From NCBI GenBank assembly GCA_044222185.1, contig JBGANV010000001.1, positions 1,344,001 through 1,408,000 on the forward strand: a DNA stretch of 64,000 nt, read 5' to 3'. The notes beneath the pieces are model-generated. The model saw only the letters and a program-made list of their open reading frames with translations, was not told where the DNA came from and ran no database searches. This stretch comes from Planctomycetota bacterium. Its GTDB lineage: Bacteria; Planctomycetota; GCA-002687715; CAIWVZ01. How positions within the stretch are numbered: the stretch's first letter is position 1; each line of letters begins with the position of its first letter. Positions 58,222 to 64,000 of the stretch are shown here, in pieces. The position numbers and the translations under genes are program-made.

Positions 58222-59970
58222 ATGACGCCCAAAAGCACCGGACCAGCGGGCCGGACGCGTTTCATTTGCACCATCGGTCCCCCCACCCTGAACGTGGAGA
58301 GTCTGCGTGGGCTCGCCGACCACGGGATGAACATCGCGCGCGTGAACGGGTCTCACGGCTCGCTCGACGACGTTCGGTCCATGGTGACGTACCTCCGCGC
58401 GAATCTTCCCTCCGGGGTCGAGATCCTGCTGGACCTGCCTGGGAACAAGATCCGGACGGACAACATCGCCGAACCCATCGACCTGCGCGCCGGGGACACG
58501 TTCGTCATTCCGCCGAACCGTGTGACCTATCGTCCGCTCTACACCCGGGTGCACGCCGGTGACCGGATTTCCGCGGCGGACGGTGCGATCCAGCTGGACG
58601 TCGTCGAGGTGAAGGGTGAGGACATCGTCACCCGCGTCCTGGTTGGAGGGTTGCTGCGCAACCGCAAGGGCCTGAACATCCGCGGCATACACGATGCCAT
58701 CCCGTTCGACTTCGAACGGGACATCTCTCTCATCAACATCGCGATCGAATTGCAGGTCGACTATCTGGGCCTGTCCTTCGTGCGCGCCCCCGAGCACGTG
58801 CGCCGCATCAAGTCGCAGCTCGTCGGGACGCGAATCCGCGTCGTCGCGAAGGTCGAGACGGCGGAGGCCGTCGACCTGCTCCCGAGGATCCTCGCGGAGG
58901 CCGACATCATCATGATCGACCGCGGCGACCTCGAGGCCGAGATCGGGCGCGAGAACATCCCGCTCACGCAAAAGCGGGTCATCACGAAGGCTCGCGAAGC
59001 TCACGTGCCGGTGATCGTCGCGTCGCAGTTCATGATGTCGATGCTCGACAAGCCGATCCCCTACATGGCCGAGGTGTCGGACGTCGCCAACGCGGTGCTC
59101 GATCGCGCCGACATCCTCATGCTGTCGGAGGAGACGGCGATCGGGAAGTACCCGAATGACGCCATCGGCACCATGCGCCAGATCGCCCGCACCGTCGAGA
59201 AGCAGCTCGACCATCAGTACGGGGCCATCATCCTCGCCGCCGGCCCATCCACGGGTTTTGGCTCACTGACGACCAACAAGCACAAGTGCATGCTCGACGT
59301 CGGCGGGACGACGATCATCAGCCATCAGCTCGAGAACCTGCGCGCCTGCGGCATCCGGGATGAACACGTGACCGTCGTCACCGGACACAACCATGCGCAG
59401 ATCGAGCACTATCTGCGGGGCGAGGCGTTCTCCGGATCGTTCGTCTACAACCCGTGGTACGCGACGACGAACATGCTCGTGTCGCTCTGGCTCGCCCGGC
59501 CCGACTCCAACATCGTCGTCGTGTACGGCGACATCATCTTCGATCCGACGATCCTCACGGACATCCTTGCGACGCCCGGCGACGCCGTCGCGGCGATCGA
59601 CGGCGACTCGGACATGACGCCCGAGGACGAGAAGGTGATCGTGAAGGACGGCCGCGTCGTCTCCTTGAGCAAGGAGTTGGATCCGGCGCACTGCCACGGT
59701 GAATTCCTCGGCCTCGCGCGCTTCTCGCGTCGCGCGGCTCGCAAGCTCCAGACCGAGCTCGATGCCATCGTCAAGCAGGGTCACATGATGGCCTTCCTCA
59801 CGCTCGGCCTCGAACGGCTGAACGAGAAAGGCACCCCGCTGATCCCCTGCTGGACCGAAGGCCGCCCGTGGGCAGACAACGACGGGCTGGCGGACCTCGA
59901 ACACTCGCGTGAGAAGGTCTACCCGAAGATCCTCGCCCGCCGCAAAACCATGGAGCCCGCCAAGCGATGA
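58222..59970 (+). CDS. Fusion: divergent pyruvate-kinase A/B domains + LicC/PntC-like NTP transferase
   Basis: TIGP, RVNGSHG, DLPGNKIR, SFVR, KVET, DRGDL, MLSEETA.GKYP; then AIILAAG, HKCML, YATTNMLVSL, YGDIIF, GEFLGL, WADND...DL. Confidence 0.88.
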   Translation: MTPKSTGPAGRTRFICTIGPPTLNVESLRGLADHGMNIARVNGSHGSLDDVRSMVTYLRANLPSGVEILLDLPGNKIRTDNIAEPIDLRAGDTFVIPPNRVTYRPLYTRVHAGDRISAADGAIQLDVVEVKGEDIVTRVLVGGLLRNRKGLNIRGIHDAIPFDFERDISLINIAIELQVDYLGLSFVRAPEHVRRIKSQLVGTRIRVVAKVETAEAVDLLPRILAEADIIMIDRGDLEAEIGRENIPLTQKRVITKAREAHVPVIVASQFMMSMLDKPIPYMAEVSDVANAVLDRADILMLSEETAIGKYPNDAIGTMRQIARTVEKQLDHQYGAIILAAGPSTGFGSLTTNKHKCMLDVGGTTIISHQLENLRACGIRDEHVTVVTGHNHAQIEHYLRGEAFSGSFVYNPWYATTNMLVSLWLARPDSNIVVVYGDIIFDPTILTDILATPGDAVAAIDGDSDMTPEDEKVIVKDGRVVSLSKELDPAHCHGEFLGLARFSRRAARKLQTELDAIVKQGHMMAFLTLGLERLNEKGTPLIPCWTEGRPWADNDGLADLEHSREKVYPKILARRKTMEPAKR

Positions 59971-61139
59971 GCATCGTCCCTTCGACGGATGCCGATCTCG
60001 TCAATCGAATCCTCACGGGTGCGGCGCGCGAGAAGGCCATCGAGCGCTCGCACCGACTCCCCCGCCTCGATCTCGACCGCAACCAGGTGCTCGACCTGGA
60101 GAAGATCGCGAACGGCACGTTCTCACCGCTCGTCGGCTTCATGAACCAGGCCGACACGCGGGCGGTGGTCGACGACGGCCGCATGGCGAACGGCAACCCG
60201 TGGACGATTCCCGTGAACCTTCAGGTCACCGAGGAGCGCGCCCGCTCCCTGCGCGCCGCCACCGAGGTGCTCTTGTGGAACGCCGAGGAGAACCGCCCTG
60301 CCGGCCTGATGGAGATTTCCGAGATCTTCCCCCTCGACCTCGAGCGGGACGCCGCAAGGGTCTACGGGACTACCGAGCGGGCCCATCCCGGCGTGAACCG
60401 GTTCCTCGACGGAGGCGGGTTCGCGCTCGCGGGGCCCGTCTGGCTCATCGACCATTCCGTGTCGCTGATCCCGGCCCGCTTCGACCTCGATCCGCGCGTC
60501 GTCCGTGCCGAGTTCCGCAAACGGGGTTGGAAGACGGTGACCGGGTTCCAGACCCGCAACCTCGGACACCGCGCGCACGAACGGCTTCAGAAGATCGCCC
60601 TCGAGATGACGGACGGGCTGCTCATCCATCCGCTGATCGGGTGGAAGAAGAAGGGCGACATGCTGCCCGAGGTGATCCTCGAGGGGTACGAGGTGCTCGT
60701 CCGCAACTACTACCCCGAACGGCACGTCGTGCTCGCGGCGCTCACCACCGCCATGCGCTATGCCGGCCCTCGCGAGGCCGTGTTCCACGCCCTGATCCGG
60801 CGCAACTTCGGCTGCACACACTTCATCATCGGTCGCGACCACGCTGGCGTCGGCGGGTACTACGAGAAATACGCAGCTCACCGCATGTTCGACCGCTACA
60901 CGCCGCAAGAGCTGGGAATCACGCCGCTGCGGCTCCACGGTCCGTGCTGGTGCAACAAGTGCCAGGAAATCGTCACCGAGAAGACGTGTCCCCACGGCGA
61001 CGGCAGCTGGGTGGACATCTCCGGGACGGAAGTGCGCGCGATGATCGGCCGCGGCGAGCGGCCGCCCGAGTTCTTCATGCGCCCCGAGATCGCGGAATTC
61101 CTCGTCCGCCGGGCCCGCGAAGGTGCCGTGTTCTTCTGA
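59967..61139 (+). CDS. sat: Sulfate adenylyltransferase (ATP sulfurylase, Sat type)
   Basis: FSPL.GFM; FQTRN..HRAHE; YAGPREAVFHALIRRNFGCTHFIIGRDHAGVG; CNKC...CPH; ISGT.VR. ATGA overlap with the upstream gene. Confidence 0.96.
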   Translation: MSIVPSTDADLVNRILTGAAREKAIERSHRLPRLDLDRNQVLDLEKIANGTFSPLVGFMNQADTRAVVDDGRMANGNPWTIPVNLQVTEERARSLRAATEVLLWNAEENRPAGLMEISEIFPLDLERDAARVYGTTERAHPGVNRFLDGGGFALAGPVWLIDHSVSLIPARFDLDPRVVRAEFRKRGWKTVTGFQTRNLGHRAHERLQKIALEMTDGLLIHPLIGWKKKGDMLPEVILEGYEVLVRNYYPERHVVLAALTTAMRYAGPREAVFHALIRRNFGCTHFIIGRDHAGVGGYYEKYAAHRMFDRYTPQELGITPLRLHGPCWCNKCQEIVTEKTCPHGDGSWVDISGTEVRAMIGRGERPPEFFMRPEIAEFLVRRAREGAVFF

Positions 61140-61177
61140 GCCGATAGACGAAACAAACCCGTACTGCGGAGTCAGCC

Positions 61178-62344
61178 ATGGTGTTCGGACTGTTCAAGAA
61201 GAAAGACGGGAACGATCGCGCCAAGGCCGCACGGCCGAACGTGATCTTCGTCCTCATCGACATGGTGCGCGCCGACCGTCGCAAGGGTCGCAAGATCTTC
61301 GACGAGCTGGGGCGGCGAAGCATCTGTTTCCCCAAGATGTTCACCCACGCTCCGTACACGATCGCGTCCGTGCACGCGTTCATGTCGGGGATGTACGGCA
61401 GCCTCACGGGCGTCGACGCGTACTACAAGGCGCCGAAGTTCGACAAGGACGGCTGCAAGACGCTCGCGCAGCACTTCAAGGAGAACGGCTACTACTGCCT
61501 GGCCGACTTCATGAACCCGGGCATCGCGCCGCACCAGGGTTTCGACGAGGTCCGCGTGCACGACGAGTTCAAGGACGACCTGCTCGCGCGTCACAAAGCC
61601 ATGATCACGGAAGTGCGTGGAAAGAAGCCCCACTTCCTCTACCTGCACTTCTCCTACGTGCACCGCGAGATCGTCACGAACGTCATCAAGAAGTTCAAAG
61701 ACGACGACCCGAACTACTTCGGCGAGGACAACAGGACGAAGAACGACGAACGCTACAACTCGTACCTCGACATGGCCGAGGAGTACATGACGGGCCTGCT
61801 CGCCCACATGGATTCGCTCAAGGTCGACGAGGACACGATCGTCCTGTTCATGACGGACCATGGTTGCGGCATCGGTGAACGGACCGGCGAGAAGGCCTAC
61901 GGCATCTTCACCTACGACTACACGATCAACGTGTGGGCGTACCTGATGCACAAGGGGCGGCTGCCCGGCGGGAAGGAGATCCCGCAGATGGTCCGGACCA
62001 TCGACATCGCGCCGACGCTCCTCGACCTCTGCAACATCGACCCTGTCGAAGGCGAGAAGGAAATGCAGGGCCGGAGTCTCGTCCCCGTCATCGAGGGCGC
62101 GGATCGCGACGATCGCGAGATCTACGTGGAGACCGCAGGCCTCGACGGTCCCACGCCATCGCCCTACGAGGCCAACATCTTCTGCGTGCGGAACCGCCAG
62201 TGGAAGATGATCTACAACTCCACGACCAAGACGCGCGAGCTGTACGACCTCGTCGCCGACCCGCAGGAGTCGAAGAACATCGCGGGCACGAAACCGGAGG
62301 TCGAGACTCCCCTCTTCGAGAAGATCCGCCGCCGCTACCTGTGA
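61178..62344 (+). CDS. Cytoplasmic sulfatase-like hydrolase/transferase (Thr at the nucleophile position)
   Basis: PNVIFVLID.VRAD; APYTIAS..AFMSG.Y (no CxPxR); TDHG; DIAPTLLDL; ELYDL.ADP.E..N; GGAG RBS. Confidence 0.88.
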   Translation: MVFGLFKKKDGNDRAKAARPNVIFVLIDMVRADRRKGRKIFDELGRRSICFPKMFTHAPYTIASVHAFMSGMYGSLTGVDAYYKAPKFDKDGCKTLAQHFKENGYYCLADFMNPGIAPHQGFDEVRVHDEFKDDLLARHKAMITEVRGKKPHFLYLHFSYVHREIVTNVIKKFKDDDPNYFGEDNRTKNDERYNSYLDMAEEYMTGLLAHMDSLKVDEDTIVLFMTDHGCGIGERTGEKAYGIFTYDYTINVWAYLMHKGRLPGGKEIPQMVRTIDIAPTLLDLCNIDPVEGEKEMQGRSLVPVIEGADRDDREIYVETAGLDGPTPSPYEANIFCVRNRQWKMIYNSTTKTRELYDLVADPQESKNIAGTKPEVETPLFEKIRRRYL

Positions 62345-62389
62345 GCGGCGGACGCGGGGTGAGCGCTGGAGGCGCTCACGCCAGGTCGA

Positions 62390-64000
62390 TCAGAACCCGG
62401 CCCAGCTGTAGTTGCCCGCCGGGAGCGGGGTGAAGAGGATCGAGTTCAACGATCCTGCGAGCGACGCGCACTGGCCGCCACCCGTGTTGTTGTAGAAGTC
62501 GTACCACATCCGCGTGGTCGTCGCGGGAGTCCCCGAGCCGCCCGCCGAGAAGGTGGTGACGCCGCTGTCAGTCGCGCCCGTGCCCCGGCTGATGCCGAGG
62601 AACTGTCGCGTCCCCGTGCCTGCCGCCGCGGTGTTTGCCGGAATCCCGAGCAACCCGTCCAGCCTCACCGTGTTCGCCGACGTGTCGAACTCGATTGCGA
62701 ACGTGTTCGCGACCGTGGTGCCGAAGTAGGGCACGGCGTTGTAGGCCACGCGCACCTTGTTCGCGGCGGGAGCCGAGACGCTGACGGTCGCCGCACCGGT
62801 GACGTTGAGGTCCGTCCAGAAACCGACGAACGGCAGACCGCTCGTGGCCTCCGCGACCGTCGGCGAAAAGTCCGTGCTCGAGCCGCCGAAGGTGATGCGG
62901 CCGTTGCTGCCGACGTTCAAGACCGAGTAGCTCACGCCGAAGAACGTGACGTTCGACGAGCAGGTGGCGCCACCCAGGCTGATCGCGGCAGAGACGTCGT
63001 CCCCGACCGGTCCCGCCGCGAACGCCCCCCCGGCGACCGTCGTGATCTGAACTCCCTGGCTGAACGCGATGCCGTCCGCGTTCGACGGATCACCCACGAA
63101 CATCTGCAGCGAGGCCGTCAACGGAACCGTGGCGGTGAACGGAAGCGAGAGGTTCCCGCTCCATGGCAACGGAATCGACGCGCCGGCGCCCGTGCTGATG
63201 AAGACCATCCCGGGGAGGGGCACGTTCAGGATCTGGCCGCCGGGAGTGACGTACGTCCCCGCATTGCGCGGAACGAGGCTGCCCAGGTTCAGCGCCATGT
63301 CGAACGGGAAACCGATCGCCGCGGGAACGCTGCTCAGGTGAACGGTCCCGCTCGTCCCGATGCACTTCGTCGTCACGGCAGGTGAGCTGCTCGTGCCCTG
63401 GACGCCGTCGGCGTCCAGGTTCGACCGCGGCGAGTTCACCTGGTACTGGGGCACGCTCGGGGCACAGCCCGTCGACGTGAGGAGGCTCGCACGGAAGCCG
63501 CCGGGTCCGAACAGCGCCTGCATGCGGGACTTTTGTCCGAGGGTGAACATGTTCATGCACGGGTCGTCCGTGTAGTCCATGTAGTTCTCGTATTGGACCG
63601 AGTTGCCGCACTGCGTGAGGGTCGACGGGTACGGGCATCCGAACGTGGAGGCGTTGCTGTCCGGGGTATCCGCAACGAGGTCGTCGACCCCGCACGTCGA
63701 GCTGTCACCCCAGAGGTGGATGAGATTCAGCCAGTGGCCGACCTCGTGCGTCGCACTGCGCCCGGAGTTGTACGCCGAGAGGTTCGTCGGATACCCGCGA
63801 CCGACCGACTGCCACGTGACGACGACGCCGTCCGTCGCCGCGGCGCCGCCAGGGAACTGCGCGTAGCCGAGCAGACCACCTCCGAGCGGAGCGATCCAGA
63901 TGTTCAGGTACTGCCCCGCCGGCCACGCGTCGTGACCACCGGTCGCCGCGTGCTTCACGTTGTTGTTGGTGTTGAACGACGTCGTCGCGGTCTGGGTGCG
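62390..64000 (-). CDS. Secreted M43 (pappalysin/ulilysin) zinc metalloprotease, 5' end outside the window
   Basis: YLNIW; LLGYAQFP; DGVV; HEVGHWLNLIHLWGD; D.V.DTP; NYMDY..D.CM.MFT.GQ..RM; frame open to the window edge. Confidence 0.92.
   Translation of the reverse strand, partial: RTQTATTSFNTNNNVKHAATGGHDAWPAGQYLNIWIAPLGGGLLGYAQFPGGAAATDGVVVTWQSVGRGYPTNLSAYNSGRSATHEVGHWLNLIHLWGDSSTCGVDDLVADTPDSNASTFGCPYPSTLTQCGNSVQYENYMDYTDDPCMNMFTLGQKSRMQALFGPGGFRASLLTSTGCAPSVPQYQVNSPRSNLDADGVQGTSSSPAVTTKCIGTSGTVHLSSVPAAIGFPFDMALNLGSLVPRNAGTYVTPGGQILNVPLPGMVFISTGAGASIPLPWSGNLSLPFTATVPLTASLQMFVGDPSNADGIAFSQGVQITTVAGGAFAAGPVGDDVSAAISLGGATCSSNVTFFGVSYSVLNVGSNGRITFGGSSTDFSPTVAEATSGLPFVGFWTDLNVTGAATVSVSAPAANKVRVAYNAVPYFGTTVANTFAIEFDTSANTVRLDGLLGIPANTAAAGTGTRQFLGISRGTGATDSGVTTFSAGGSGTPATTTRMWYDFYNNTGGGQCASLAGSLNSILFTPLPAGNYSWAGF

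Noticed and set aside
58222-59970. PEP mutase-PntC phosphonate gene
   Set aside because: The barrel has pyruvate kinase motifs and lacks the PEP mutase EDKxxxxxNS signature; no decarboxylase or transaminase nearby.
1-64000. CRISPR array, IS elements, rRNA
   Set aside because: No regularly spaced direct repeats, transposase motifs or rRNA-like sequence seen; the repeats found are intragenic.

Overview
This is a high-GC bacterial chromosomal segment. Its gene content points to Planctomycetota (inference, not a database result): DUF1501/DUF1800, an ECF sigma with a Ser/Thr kinase, a membrane-anchored ECF, BlaI/BlaR1, HEAT-VWA, DUF1573, and FG-GAP, astacin and M43 secreted proteins. I call about 42 CDS and one tRNA-Leu(UAA). 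I found no CRISPR array, integrase or IS. Housekeeping genes (clpB, dksA-like, Nudix, trxB, proline dehydrogenase, PTS EIIA) alternate with accessory blocks of secreted proteases and transmembrane signalling modules. Best candidates for undescribed biology: (1) an operon at 58.2-62.3 kb with a divergent pyruvate-kinase barrel fused to a LicC/PntC-type nucleotidyltransferase, coupled to ATP sulfurylase and a Thr-nucleophile sulfatase-fold enzyme; (2) three tandem exported double-ExbD paralogues sharing an exact HV[DE]-x5-C-x8-C-x-[DE]-xx-HWR motif, with no ExbB/TonB partner, one split at a G5 run; (3) a short-variable-arm tRNA-Leu(UAA) 1.6 kb from an ECF sigma gene carrying the only in-frame TTA codon I found (bldA-like control?); (4) a blaI-blaR-DUF1800-DUF1501 operon with twin palindromic operators. 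Start codons were chosen by eye and family assignments rest on motif recognition only.
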